Counted from the stretch's first letter, positions 9,006-18,410 are shown. The stretch is 64,000 bases of DNA from a virus (IMGVR_UViG_3300044691_000113:5300-69299), one strand, 5' to 3'. Notes: generated by a model not told the origin, from the letters alone. Numbers and translations: made by a program.

Positions 9006-9728
9006 TTAGTTCCCCATGTGGGAACGAATACCCATTGCTTCTGCTGCCTTGTTGCGTAATCTTCCCGCGGCGAGGGAGGTGCCGAAGAGGATTCCGTTCG
9101 TCGCATCCGTGATCCGCAGGAAGTTCTCTTCGATGGCCTTCTTGCGCCTCTTCTCGTCAGCCTTCTCCGCGTCGTACACGCGCTGCTTGACGTAGTGGGT
9201 GATGTCCTGGTCGAGGATGGCTTCGGCCCGCTGTTGGTGCGCCGAGATGAAGTCTTGAAGGAAGTCGATCGAGGGTTCTTGCAGGAAGGGTCCGGTGAGC
9301 ATGACGTACTTGCCGCGCTCGGGGTACGGTCCCAACTGTGGAATCGCGGTTCCCGGGACAACCCGCGAATAGTGCTCCTCGGGAGAGCCGAACTTGTGCG
9401 CCGGAAACCAACGCTCAAGCACCCAGCCCTGTACCTCGAGGTGGCAATAGGTAGGGATGGTGCGTATCTCCGTGGTGACCCGGATAGGAGTCGAGGATGC
9501 CGTGGGGTTGCCGTCCTTATCCAGCACGTTCGAGATGGCGCCGCGGTCGGCATATGCGATGCCATCGTCCCAGTCGTTCCAAACTCCGCCGATGCGCTCG
9601 AAGACGAACTCGGAATGGACCAGGCGGAAGACAGGGAAGCCGCCCGGGGCATCAAGGCTGCGCCGCTTGAGCACGTCGCGGATGATTCTCGAAGGTTCCG
9701 GCCCGATGTACCCGTCCAAGTGATTCAA
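9006..9728 (-). CDS. Hypothetical protein downstream of capsid gene
   Basis: 240-aa ORF, TTG start behind AGGAG. Confidence 0.7.
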   Translation of the reverse strand: MNHLDGYIGPEPSRIIRDVLKRRSLDAPGGFPVFRLVHSEFVFERIGGVWNDWDDGIAYADRGAISNVLDKDGNPTASSTPIRVTTEIRTIPTYCHLEVQGWVLERWFPAHKFGSPEEHYSRVVPGTAIPQLGPYPERGKYVMLTGPFLQEPSIDFLQDFISAHQQRAEAILDQDITHYVKQRVYDAEKADEKRRKKAIEENFLRITDATNGILFGTSLAAGRLRNKAAEAMGIRSHMGN

Positions 9729-9746
9729 ATTTCTCTCCTGTGAGTT

Positions 9747-9770
9747 GAGGGGTGACCGAAGCCACCCCTC
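9747..9770 (-). terminator. Stem-loop after capsid gene (terminator or mRNA-stabilising hairpin)
   Basis: Minus strand GAGGGGTGGC-TTCG-GTCACCCCTC, C(UUCG)G tetraloop, no U-tract. Confidence 0.6.
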
Positions 9771-9779
9771 TCTCGCGCC

Positions 9780-11054
9780 TTAGTATCCAGCAGGCTGTTT
9801 ACACCCAAAGACTGAAGACTGACTCTTCGGATTCGAGTTGTAGTAATTCACAGTGTCCACCATAAAACTGGCGGCACCGCTGGTGATCTGCCCGTTGGTT
9901 CCGACCTGCTGGAAAACCTTGCGGCCTTCCGAGGTGAACCAGAACGGCGGAGCGCCCCACTTGATCTTTCCCCACGTCTCAGTGTTGAGATAATCCCAGC
10001 GCTGCATGTGCGCGTGGATGTTCTCGACGACCGTGCAGCCGTTGACGGTGGGATCGCCCTGGAACAGGAGATCGTAACCGTTCGGTGCCTTACCATCGGG
10101 GCGGGTGATGGTCATCATCTGACCGGCAATCGCCTCGTAAGCAGCCTTCTGCCCGGTGTGGGTGTGGATCTTCAGCTTGCCGTTCTTGATGGCCGACAGA
10201 CCGAGCGCCTGCTTGATCTGGTCCATGGGGAGCCGGAGCAAGGGAGGAGTTACGGAACTGTTAGCCGCATTCACGGCATTGCTGATGATGAAGTTGTTGG
10301 TGGCAACCGATCGGTCCAGACCGATGGTGAGACCGGTCGTTGCATTCGAGAGCCAGTAGGGGATGCCGTACACGAAGCTGGGTGCGCCGGAGGCAAGGCC
10401 GGGTACACGCAGGATCGCGCCGGCAGCACCGAACACCGCATCGCAGTTCACGGTCTGTGCTCCGCCGAGGGACTGGGATACGGAAAGGATGTTCGAGGTG
10501 CCGATCAACGTAGTGCCGGTGTAGACATCCACGGGCATGTTCTTCGAGAGCAGCCGCGCTCCGAAGTCGTTGTTGTTGAGGGTGTAGATTTTGTTGGTGG
10601 TGTCGACAGCGGTGACGTTGCCGAGGAAGCCAGTGCCGTCTCCACCGCAGAGGAAGATGTCGCGATAGCGGGCGACCGCATCGATCGAATCGGCCATCTG
10701 CTTCATGACGACGTTGACAGCGGTCTGCTGCGGCTTACCGGCAATCTCCGCCAACTTGGTCCAGCCTACGGGCAGCGCCCATGCGACCGGAGCCATCGTT
10801 CCCTGCTGCCAGGTCGCGGAACCCGGGGTGGGGAAGTTGACTGCGGGATTGTCCAGTGAGATCGCGGAGATAGCTGCCGGGATGCTGTCCTGGAACGTTA
10901 CGCGGTACGTGTGAGCCGACACCATTTCGGCGCGGCCGTTGTCGGCGATCAGAGAGTCGAGAACGGAATCCCGCTCGACGAGAACCTCTGGATTCGCCAT
11001 AACCTGTTCGAGTGCTACTGCGATTGCTCCTACCCCTGCCTGAAGATCGGCCAT
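9780..11054 (-). CDS. Major capsid protein (HK97 fold inferred)
   Basis: 424 aa after scaffold; strong RBS AAGGAGG; GDGTG, GLDRS and C-terminal NYYNSNPKSQS motifs typical of capsid proteins; followed by a UUCG hairpin. Confidence 0.8.
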   Translation of the reverse strand: MADLQAGVGAIAVALEQVMANPEVLVERDSVLDSLIADNGRAEMVSAHTYRVTFQDSIPAAISAISLDNPAVNFPTPGSATWQQGTMAPVAWALPVGWTKLAEIAGKPQQTAVNVVMKQMADSIDAVARYRDIFLCGGDGTGFLGNVTAVDTTNKIYTLNNNDFGARLLSKNMPVDVYTGTTLIGTSNILSVSQSLGGAQTVNCDAVFGAAGAILRVPGLASGAPSFVYGIPYWLSNATTGLTIGLDRSVATNNFIISNAVNAANSSVTPPLLRLPMDQIKQALGLSAIKNGKLKIHTHTGQKAAYEAIAGQMMTITRPDGKAPNGYDLLFQGDPTVNGCTVVENIHAHMQRWDYLNTETWGKIKWGAPPFWFTSEGRKVFQQVGTNGQITSGAASFMVDTVNYYNSNPKSQSSVFGCKQPAGY

Positions 11055-11109
11055 TTCGATTCCTCCTTGGAATCAGTTCGTTGTGGGGGGTTAGGGTTCG
11101 CTATCGGAC

Positions 11110-12705
11110 TTAGGCGGCGGCGGCGGAGTTGCGCTTGAAGTTTTCCTGCATCACCTCGAGATTTGTCGGGGATCGGCCAAGATTCTTCGTGAGATCAGCA
11201 ATCACCGAACTAACCTGTTCCGGTCCAGTCAGGGCCGGGGCTTGCTTGGTGGGGGTCTGAGCTCCGCGTACTTCGCTGCGTGCTGCTTCAGTGCGAGCGG
11301 CTGACTTGTCGGCTTGCGCCTTCTGTTTGGCAGTGATGGTGACGCCAGCCTCTTCAAAGCAAGCTTTGACGGCTTGGCTGTTCATGCCCTGATTGAAGTA
11401 TTTGGAAGCGACCTTCATGTGCTGCTTCTGTCGGTCGGGACCATAGGGGAGAGCGTCAAGCGCTTCCATTTCCTGCTTGAAGAACTTGTTGCCCTTGACC
11501 TGCTTCACCAGTGCTGCGTGGACGTCGCCCTTTAGTGCTCTCTTCGCGAAGGGGGTAAGCCCATCAGCGTGAGAAAGAACGGACTCGATCCCCGTCTCCA
11601 TCATTGCGTCGATACGAGTGTTGACAGTGGTGTTGTAGGTCTTCGCTGCTTCCGCAACTCCGGCCTGCTTCTCCGTCGCGAGCGCTGCCCGCTGTGCCTT
11701 CACTTCGTCCAACTGGGCCTTTACCTCGGCTGACATGGTCTCTTCATTCGCACTGGAGGGGGTGCGCAGTCCTGCTCGCTCCATGAGGATGTCAATCGCT
11801 GCTTGGCCTTCTTCGTCTCCCTTGGCTGTGAAATCTGCCTGCAGGAGAGTCAACTTCTGCTCAAACGAGTTGCGCAGAAACTTTCCAACCATGCCGTTGG
11901 TTTTGAGGGCTCCATTCGCTTCGAACTGGAGGTTCCCATCGGCGTCACGGATGGCGGATGCTTCGAGCATCGCGCCCATCACGGGTTGTAAGGTCGTCAT
12001 GTCGCCATCGGTGATGCTCTGCATGGCAGACGTAATATCGGTGAACGTCGCGTGTGCAGCGACAGCGCGGGCCGCATCCTCGGGCGAGGCGACCACGGCT
12101 TTGAAAGCGGCGGTCTCGGCGGCGAGGCGGGCGTTAGCGAAGAGTTCGCTCTTGAGGTCGGCGTTGCCTTCGAGTGCGGCCTTCAGCGCTGGATCCGCGT
12201 CAAGCTTCGCGGCAAGCTCCTTGGGCGCCAGGGCAATGGGGTCGAGTTCGAAGCCCGGGAGGTCTTCGTCGTCGCCCGCGGCATCCTTCTCGGCTTTGGC
12301 GGCAGCGGCAGCCTCTTCCGCAGCGGCGGTCTCGGCGGCGATGTCCTCCGGAGTCTTCGTTCCAGCGGCGGCAGCTTCGGCCGCAATCTCTTCGGGCGTC
12401 TTGGCCGGAGTACCTTCAGCAGCGGCAACAGCAACGGCGGCCTCGGCATCCTTGGTGGCCTGCGCCTCCTGCATCACCTGAAGCGTGGACTTGCCGGCGT
12501 CGGATGGGACGGCAGCGGCTGGTTCGGCGGCTGGAGTGGTCGCGGCGGCTGCCGGAGCCGCACCCTCCGTGCTGGCCGGAGCCGCTACCGTAGTCGCCGC
12601 AGCAGGAGCGGAAGTCGCTGCGGGCGTTGCCGTGGGCGCCGCAGAAGCGGCTGGTGCGCTGGAGGTTGAAGCGGGGGCGGCGGGTGTGATGGTGACTTCG
12701 CTCAT
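11110..12705 (-). CDS. Capsid scaffolding protein
   Basis: 531 aa, Ala/Pro/Glu low-complexity N-terminus then helical region; between portal and capsid. Confidence 0.7.
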   Translation of the reverse strand: MSEVTITPAAPASTSSAPAASAAPTATPAATSAPAAATTVAAPASTEGAAPAAAATTPAAEPAAAVPSDAGKSTLQVMQEAQATKDAEAAVAVAAAEGTPAKTPEEIAAEAAAAGTKTPEDIAAETAAAEEAAAAAKAEKDAAGDDEDLPGFELDPIALAPKELAAKLDADPALKAALEGNADLKSELFANARLAAETAAFKAVVASPEDAARAVAAHATFTDITSAMQSITDGDMTTLQPVMGAMLEASAIRDADGNLQFEANGALKTNGMVGKFLRNSFEQKLTLLQADFTAKGDEEGQAAIDILMERAGLRTPSSANEETMSAEVKAQLDEVKAQRAALATEKQAGVAEAAKTYNTTVNTRIDAMMETGIESVLSHADGLTPFAKRALKGDVHAALVKQVKGNKFFKQEMEALDALPYGPDRQKQHMKVASKYFNQGMNSQAVKACFEEAGVTITAKQKAQADKSAARTEAARSEVRGAQTPTKQAPALTGPEQVSSVIADLTKNLGRSPTNLEVMQENFKRNSAAAA

Positions 12706-12716
12706 GTTTGACCGGG

Positions 12717-12748
12717 GCGTACCCTACCATTTTTCGGAGATTCGTCAA
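12717..12748 (-). promoter_or_regulatory. Late promoter motif, copy 2
   Basis: Minus strand TTGACG-N16-TAGGGT with the shared 18-mer. Confidence 0.85.
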
Positions 12749-12776
12749 TCGTCTTTTTTTGTCGCCGCCTGTCGAA

Positions 12777-13139
12777 CTACTGCGCAACCGGTTCTATTTG
12801 CAGTCGTGGAATTACCGAGAGGTCGATGTATGTCCCATTGAAATGGATCGTCCAGCACATCCGACCGTGAGGCTTCAGCCGCGGGAACGGACCATCGTGA
12901 CCGTAGATGGCGAAGCCGATGATCTCTTCTGTCTTCTCACGCAAAGCATCGGCGAGTTCCTGCGGCGGCGCTGCCTCGTCAATCCACGGAATCGCCACAA
13001 GATCGATGTCGCGCTTGATACTTCCATGCACGGTGAGCGCATAGCCTAGCTCGCGGGCACGCTCGCGCAGAGGGGTGATCGTCTTCGCGTAGGCTTTCGC
13101 GACTCGAATCTGGCCGTGACGATCGAGGGGGATTTTCAC
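12777..13139 (-). CDS. Minimal nucleotidyltransferase-like protein
   Basis: Start re-called at GTG 13139 (GTGA overlap with portal stop); HGSIKRDIDLVAIPW matches the GS-x-DxD pattern of the Pol-beta NTase fold, with later IDLS. Confidence 0.55.
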   Translation of the reverse strand: MKIPLDRHGQIRVAKAYAKTITPLRERARELGYALTVHGSIKRDIDLVAIPWIDEAAPPQELADALREKTEEIIGFAIYGHDGPFPRLKPHGRMCWTIHFNGTYIDLSVIPRLQIEPVAQ

Positions 13140-15532
13140 TGCGCTACGGGCTGTGGACCGCTCGGCTGACCTGGCTGCGCGGCCGCCTGCTGCATCTGGA
13201 TAGCCTGCGCCGCCTGCGCCTCCTCGACCATCTGCGTAGCCTGAGTCAGCAACGCCAGCACATTGGCGAATCCGAGCGGATTGGTCGCCTCGGTCTGCCA
13301 GTTCTCCTGCAGCCAACCCTTCGCGATGGTCTGCGCCATGGCCATGTCGTCGTACTTCGGGTTGAGCATGATGCTCGGAAGCACGATCGGCTGTCCGTCC
13401 GGATCCTCGACGAGGCGGGGTTCCTGCTTCGCGAGCTGCTGGCAGATCATCTTGATTCGCGCCCGCTCGCGCTCGCCGGGGAGCCTGATCTGGTCGGGCA
13501 GGATGTAACGCGAGATAACCTTCTGCGTATCCGGGTCTGAGAGTACCCCGAGCAGGAAGTCGTTCTTGGCCGCCATCTCGAGCAGTTGCATGATGCGCGC
13601 CTGAACCTCTTCGTAGCTCGCCGGGAAGCCTTCGTCGGACTCCGCATAGGCAAGAAACTCGCCGGTAAGCTGGCTGGCCAGCAGAGTCTCCTGCTTGTAG
13701 TCGCCGTCGACGTCGCCCTGGATGACGATCTTGATCTCGTCGTCCATGTTGGCGACAGAGCACTTGACCGAGTTCTGGGCGCGGGCGGCGTGCTCCTCGC
13801 GTATCTGGTCCCAGAAAAGCATCATGCGTCCGAGTGCCGTCTTCAACGCTTGCTGCTGGCCGCCCATCGTCTTCACGTTCGGATCGGAACCGCCGAAGGT
13901 CTGCGGCTGAACGCCAACCAGTACCTGCGCCAACTGGATAAGCTGGGGACCATACTCGAAGATGTGCGAGTCGATGTGGAACTCGGGCTGGTACATCAAC
14001 TCCGAAAGCGGAGTGCTCTTCCCCTCCATGTCGCCGGTGCGCTTGACGCCGGTCATGTTGCCCGGGGAGAGTGTCTTCTTCTCGAAGCTGGCGCCGTCGA
14101 TGATGTCCTCGTCGTAGAGGATGGTGCCGAAGGCCAGCCGGTCCATGTAGGCGTGAACATCGTTGGCGGCATCGTTGATGCGGACCTGAACGTCGAGCGC
14201 CACGTCGCCCACGCCGAACGGGTACATGCCGAGACCTTTGATGGTCGCGCACCATGTCCACTTGTCCATCATCCGTTCGGGAACGGCTTGCAGGAAGAGG
14301 TCGTTGGAGAAGGTGACCAGTTTGACGCCATCAGGGAACAAGGCGAGGAGCTGGGCCGCCATGGTCTCGTCTTCGAGGATGTTGAACGCCTCGGGCTGCA
14401 ACCAGCAGCGGGAGTAGGTGCCGACGTTGGCGGTGGTCATCGCGACGCCACCATTCGCGCCGGGGGTTGTCAGGCTCTGCCGCGCCATCTTCGCGGTATC
14501 GTCTCCGCTGGATCCGCTGTTCGCTTCGCCCTGCTGGATGGTGCGGTAGAGCTTCGGATACTGCGCGCGCACCCACGCGATGTTGGTCTCGGCTTCGAGG
14601 TCGAGGTAGAGCGAGTCGTAAAGCTCCTTCGCGTCGGGGTCGACATCGACGTTCAGACCGGAGTAGACGTCCATCGCGGTCATGCCGGCCGCAGTCTCGT
14701 TGACGCCTACCTTCGTCGGTACAGGCATCGTCTGGCCTTCGTACCAGTCCTTGTCGCCCATCGGCGCGTTGCAGCCCGGGCAAGGAGGATTGGAGCCGCC
14801 CGCCATGCCGGTCTGATCTTCCGGCGTCACCTGCGAGCACTCCGGGCAGATGTAGCGGTTCGGCATTACCTGGGTGGGAACCATCGCGATGATCGGCTGG
14901 CGGTTGATCCCCGCGCGGTTCTTGTCGATGATGTGGCGGGTGTAGCAGAAGTAAGAGCCAGCGCACCACAGATACAGCAACTCGAGCTTTTGCAGCGCCT
15001 TGATACCGTTGCGCCGCTCGTTGTACGCCTGGATCGTTGAGGCCTTCTGCGCGATGACGATGTCTTCCTCGTTGTCCGCATCCCCGGGCTGGTAGCGCGT
15101 CTTCGGAACATCGGGCGAGAGCGCGGCGATGAACGCCAGACAAAGCATCTGGTAGACGTTGTCGTTGGACTGGTAGAGATCGACGTCCTTGCCGTCCGTT
15201 ACGCCCTGCATGATGGTGTCGAGGGTGTCGAACTCCTGGGTCGCGTCGTTGAAGGTGATGTAGGGGTTGTTCTTGAGGACTTCGAAGGCGCGTTTGACGC
15301 GGCGGAGGAAGATGAGCCGCTTGGAAACGTTCGCCTCTTTGAGGGTCTTACGGACCAGGATGAGCGCGGCCTGCTGGTCTGGAGTGACCTGAACCGGTGC
15401 GTTGCCCTGTGCGGTGTCGTCTGCGCCTGCGCTTGTGACTGGGGATGAAGAGGTTGGGTCTGCCGATTGCGGGGCCGGTGGCGGCTGTTGCTGCCCTTGA
15501 AGCGTGTCGGTCGGCATGGTCATTGTCGCCAT
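13136..15532 (-). CDS. Portal protein
   Basis: 798 aa upstream of scaffold and capsid; PKTRYQPGDADNEEDIVIAQKAS, LVGVQPQTFGG..KTMGG motifs and Gln-rich C-terminal barrel as in P22-like portals; CPEC...CPGC insert. Confidence 0.8.
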   Translation of the reverse strand: MATMTMPTDTLQGQQQPPPAPQSADPTSSSPVTSAGADDTAQGNAPVQVTPDQQAALILVRKTLKEANVSKRLIFLRRVKRAFEVLKNNPYITFNDATQEFDTLDTIMQGVTDGKDVDLYQSNDNVYQMLCLAFIAALSPDVPKTRYQPGDADNEEDIVIAQKASTIQAYNERRNGIKALQKLELLYLWCAGSYFCYTRHIIDKNRAGINRQPIIAMVPTQVMPNRYICPECSQVTPEDQTGMAGGSNPPCPGCNAPMGDKDWYEGQTMPVPTKVGVNETAAGMTAMDVYSGLNVDVDPDAKELYDSLYLDLEAETNIAWVRAQYPKLYRTIQQGEANSGSSGDDTAKMARQSLTTPGANGGVAMTTANVGTYSRCWLQPEAFNILEDETMAAQLLALFPDGVKLVTFSNDLFLQAVPERMMDKWTWCATIKGLGMYPFGVGDVALDVQVRINDAANDVHAYMDRLAFGTILYDEDIIDGASFEKKTLSPGNMTGVKRTGDMEGKSTPLSELMYQPEFHIDSHIFEYGPQLIQLAQVLVGVQPQTFGGSDPNVKTMGGQQQALKTALGRMMLFWDQIREEHAARAQNSVKCSVANMDDEIKIVIQGDVDGDYKQETLLASQLTGEFLAYAESDEGFPASYEEVQARIMQLLEMAAKNDFLLGVLSDPDTQKVISRYILPDQIRLPGERERARIKMICQQLAKQEPRLVEDPDGQPIVLPSIMLNPKYDDMAMAQTIAKGWLQENWQTEATNPLGFANVLALLTQATQMVEEAQAAQAIQMQQAAAQPGQPSGPQPVAQ

Positions 15533-15535
15533 CGG

Positions 15536-16027
15536 CTACTGGACCCTCGCCTGTTCTCTGCCTGCTTGCTCGGCCGCCTCAATCTTCGCCATCACCGATT
15601 CCGGCGCCGAGAGGACGCCTGGTTCCATCGCCCGCTGACGCTTGGCGGCCTGGGCGATGATGGCCTGAGCCCGGATGCTCTCCATCTTCTGCAGGACGTG
15701 ACTCGCGCTATTCTTTCCGGTTGGCATCTCTCGCAGTGCGAGGTTACGGATGGCTATCTTGTCGTTCGGGTCGACCTCAGCAAGGTCCAGCGTCGGGGGT
15801 TCGCTGTGTGGCTCCGCCTGGTCGCGGCGAATGAACCGCGGCGTCGGTAACGGCTTCGGCGTCATCGCCTCGATCAGATTCTCTATGGCAGCCTCGCGGG
15901 AGGCATCCGCCTGGAGGCGATCAGCGCGGGCGGCAGCCAACTCTTCGCGCAGACTCTGAATCTGCTCGTCCTTCACGGCGACGATAGCGGTGTGAAGCGC
16001 CTTCCAGATGAAGATGTCTCTCCACAC
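15536..16027 (-). CDS. Hypothetical protein
   Basis: Start re-called at GTG 16027; coiled-coil-like; fills gap upstream of portal. Confidence 0.6.
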   Translation of the reverse strand: MWRDIFIWKALHTAIVAVKDEQIQSLREELAAARADRLQADASREAAIENLIEAMTPKPLPTPRFIRRDQAEPHSEPPTLDLAEVDPNDKIAIRNLALREMPTGKNSASHVLQKMESIRAQAIIAQAAKRQRAMEPGVLSAPESVMAKIEAAEQAGREQARVQ

Positions 16028-16031
16028 GGGC

Positions 16032-16367
16032 TTAGTCGGTCTCCGTGACTCGCAGTTGGGTGGTGCCGGTGATGCACGAAGCCATGACGTAGACATCGGC
16101 GGCGCGGACATTGAGTCCGGTCTGCGCCGGCATCCCCACAAAGGAGCCCTTGTTGTCGTCCTTGGCTACCTTATTGCCGAGGAGTACCGGCTGGGCAGCG
16201 GCTTTGTAGGCGAAGGAGGCGGTAAAGTTGTCCTCGGGAAATTTGAGGACGAGACCGACAGAGGCGACGCTGTCATCCTCCTGCAACTCGACCATGCGGG
16301 CGAACTGAAGCGCAGGAATCGCGGTGAAGCTTCCGGCCGTGAGTGCAACTAATGGTCTGCGTAGCAA
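16032..16367 (-). CDS. Small late protein, probably structural
   Basis: TTG start behind GAGGAGG, directly downstream of promoter copy 3. Confidence 0.7.
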   Translation of the reverse strand: MLRRPLVALTAGSFTAIPALQFARMVELQEDDSVASVGLVLKFPEDNFTASFAYKAAAQPVLLGNKVAKDDNKGSFVGMPAQTGLNVRAADVYVMASCITGTTQLRVTETD

Positions 16368-16388
16368 GCGTCTACCTCCTCAACCGAC

Positions 16389-16420
16389 GCGTACCCTACC
16401 ATTTTTAGGATTCAGCGCAA
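16389..16420 (-). promoter_or_regulatory. Late promoter motif, copy 3
   Basis: Minus strand TTGCGC-N16-TAGGGT with the shared 18-mer. Confidence 0.85.
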
Positions 16421-16426
16421 GCGGGA

Positions 16427-16654
16427 TTAGAAACTGACCTTCGCTTGTACCGCCTGAACGTTGCCTTCGAGGAATATCCGGGCAGCCTCAAGGCCCAACT
16501 CGAAGCCGGCAATCGTGTCCTCGGACGCATCCGGCAGAGCGTCGTGTAATTCCTTCTTCTGTGCTGGCCACACCCATGCGTGCGCCTTGCGGTATTCGTC
16601 GCTGGCGAGCCGTTCCTTTGCCTGCTCGATCATCATTGCCGAGGGAGCTACCAT
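16427..16654 (-). CDS. Hypothetical protein
   Basis: ATG 16654 behind AGGAGG; 75 aa. Confidence 0.65.
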   Translation of the reverse strand: MVAPSAMMIEQAKERLASDEYRKAHAWVWPAQKKELHDALPDASEDTIAGFELGLEAARIFLEGNVQAVQAKVSF

Positions 16655-16669
16655 CGTTCCTCCTGAAGT

Positions 16670-16692
16670 AAAGCGGCCCCGTGAGGAGCCGC
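16670..16692 (-). terminator. Probable terminator after lysis genes
   Basis: Minus strand GCGGCTCC-TCAC-GGGGCCGC-TTT. Confidence 0.55.
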
Positions 16693-16712
16693 CTGGTTGA
16701 CTACGGATTGCG

Positions 16713-17375
16713 TTAGAAGCCCTGCGAGGTCTCAAAAGCGACAGCGCGATCGAAGGAATAGCCGGTAGCCGTCTCGATCCCCTGCTTGTCGAGGTACTGA
16801 CGGTACTCGCTGATCTTCGTCGATGCGTTCGCGGCAGCCGCTTTCAGCTTCAGGCTAGTCACGGCATCCTTGACTCGCTGGATGATCGAGAGCAGCAACA
16901 GTAGTCCGCTCTGGATGCCTCCGAGAACAAGCAGCGCCTTCGCCCTACTGTCCGGATTGACGATATGAGCCGCGGACAGGAGATTGGTCGCGTTCGTATT
17001 GACGATCGTAGTGACCGCATCAACGATGGACTGCCATGCCGAAGTCGAGGGACTGGCAGCATAGGCATTCAGAAGAACCTGCAGCTCAGTCAGCGAGGTC
17101 TGCACGATGCCAACCGCAGCATCCACGATGGGAGCCGCAGCCGGGTCGAGGCTGTCGATGATTGCCTGCGCGGTCGTAATGTAGGGCTGGACCTGCGGGA
17201 TGGCGTTGGCGATGTCCTGAACCGCCGTCTTCACGTCGGCCTGGGTGCAGCCAACAGTGACGTAGAGCATGACGCAACAGAGCATCAGCGCAAAGATGCG
17301 CTTGAGGTTGATCCGGAGCTCGGGGAGCGTCGGAAGCTTGAAATCGAGGAAGTCGGAGACGGTAGCGGTGTGCAT
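16713..17375 (-). CDS. Putative lipoprotein of lysis cassette (spanin-like role inferred)
   Basis: ATG 17375 behind GAAGGAG; basic then hydrophobic segment ending VTVG-C (lipobox-like); amphipathic helices and a second hydrophobic stretch (ALLVLGGIQSGLLLLLSII). Confidence 0.55.
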   Translation of the reverse strand: MHTATVSDFLDFKLPTLPELRINLKRIFALMLCCVMLYVTVGCTQADVKTAVQDIANAIPQVQPYITTAQAIIDSLDPAAAPIVDAAVGIVQTSLTELQVLLNAYAASPSTSAWQSIVDAVTTIVNTNATNLLSAAHIVNPDSRAKALLVLGGIQSGLLLLLSIIQRVKDAVTSLKLKAAAANASTKISEYRQYLDKQGIETATGYSFDRAVAFETSQGF

Positions 17376-17406
17376 CGGTGGTTCTCCTTCGGAGTGGGAT
17401 AGGTGG

Positions 17407-17640
17407 TTACTGCGTGGGTGGAACCGGGTGGCTGACGTCGAGCTGTTTTGCGCCGACGTAGAGCTTCGCGGCCGTGAGAATCGCGAGTGCGATAGCAGCG
17501 GGTTTGCCGTGGATGCACTGGCAGGCCAGAAGGGAAGGGATGCCGACAAGAGCGACAGTGAGGATTGCGCTCAGGGTGCTCTTGGGGTTCTTGGTGGCCG
17601 ACTCGATGAGACCGCCGAGAGCTTCGTTGACTGTGGTCAT
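17407..17640 (-). CDS. Holin-like membrane protein
   Basis: 77 aa, two hydrophobic segments after KNPKSTL, adjacent to endolysin. Confidence 0.65.
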   Translation of the reverse strand: MTTVNEALGGLIESATKNPKSTLSAILTVALVGIPSLLACQCIHGKPAAIALAILTAAKLYVGAKQLDVSHPVPPTQ

Positions 17641-17647
17641 GGGTGTT

Positions 17648-18019
17648 TTACTCCGTAACGTGAAGTGTGTTGTCGCCTTGATGCACCGCTGCTGCGATGC
17701 CGTCGCGCAGGCCGCGCTCGAGGATGATGCAGCCCTCAGAGGCCGTATGGTTGAGGTTGGGATTGTCGCCGTGGATGAAGAAGCCAGAGCGCCTGAACAT
17801 CTCGTTGTTAGCTGCCGGCTGCAACCGCATTGCTACCGGGCCGAGATGAGGGTCCGTCGCCGCGTTACCGATTGTGTAGATCCCCTGCGGGCACGGACCT
17901 ACCATCGGGACGTTCTGCATCGCGGGGTTATTCACACCCTCGCCGCGGCCGGAGTAGCCCTTGCCGATGGCAACGCCATTGTGGGTGAAGACGCCCGTCG
18001 ATTGTGAGAATGTCCACAT
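17648..18019 (-). CDS. Endolysin candidate, DUF2778/Tlde1-like L,D-transpeptidase fold
   Basis: GYSG, GPCPQGIYTI, RSGFFIHGDN...ASEGCII (His...Cys catalytic motif); next to holin. Confidence 0.8.
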   Translation of the reverse strand: MWTFSQSTGVFTHNGVAIGKGYSGRGEGVNNPAMQNVPMVGPCPQGIYTIGNAATDPHLGPVAMRLQPAANNEMFRRSGFFIHGDNPNLNHTASEGCIILERGLRDGIAAAVHQGDNTLHVTE

Positions 18020-18024
18020 GCGGG

Positions 18025-18056
18025 GCGTACCCTACCATTTTTCGGGAGGAAGTCTA
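18025..18056 (-). promoter_or_regulatory. Late promoter motif, copy 4
   Basis: Minus strand TAGACT-N16-TAGGGT with the shared 18-mer; ATG 9 nt after the -10, near-leaderless. Confidence 0.8.
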
Positions 18057-18407
18057 CTCGGGAGTGATGAAGTGGGTTTTGCCGGGAGGTTCACTTCGGC
18101 TCGGAGTCCTGATGAAGCCGAGCAGGTTGAGAACGCCAAGCCCGGTAACGATCGTGGCGCCGACACCGCATATCAGCGAGACCTTCTCCGCGACCCCGCT
18201 CAGGCGAGCATCCGTCGCCGTCAGGTGGTCGTTGATCTCCCGTTCCTTCTCGTCATGCCGGTCCCAGTCCCGACGCTCATACTGCTGCTGCGCCTGAGAC
18301 TGGCCCTGCGCGAAGACCACGAAGCCGCGGTCGATGTTGTGCAGCATCCCCGCGCCCGCGAAGGCCACCAGGCTGTAGACGAGTCGAAGTAGTCTGTCTC
18401 TCTGCAT
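18054..18407 (-). CDS. Membrane protein (holin/antiholin-like)
   Basis: N-terminal hydrophobic segment, short coiled coil, C-terminal TM (LICGVGATIVTGLGVLNLLGFI). Confidence 0.6.
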   Translation of the reverse strand: MQRDRLLRLVYSLVAFAGAGMLHNIDRGFVVFAQGQSQAQQQYERRDWDRHDEKEREINDHLTATDARLSGVAEKVSLICGVGATIVTGLGVLNLLGFIRTPSRSEPPGKTHFITPE

Positions 18408-18410
18408 TAT

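Noticed and set aside
12280-12690. Ala/Pro/Thr repeats (KTPEEIAAEAAAA twice) in the scaffold gene
   Set aside because: Ordinary low-complexity scaffold linker.
4351-15040. Long plus-strand ORFs (4351-6108, 7217-8719, 13586-15040 and similar)
   Set aside because: Antisense shadows of GC-biased minus-strand genes; no RBS or recognisable motifs. The same applies to shadows over the DarB-like and DnaB genes.
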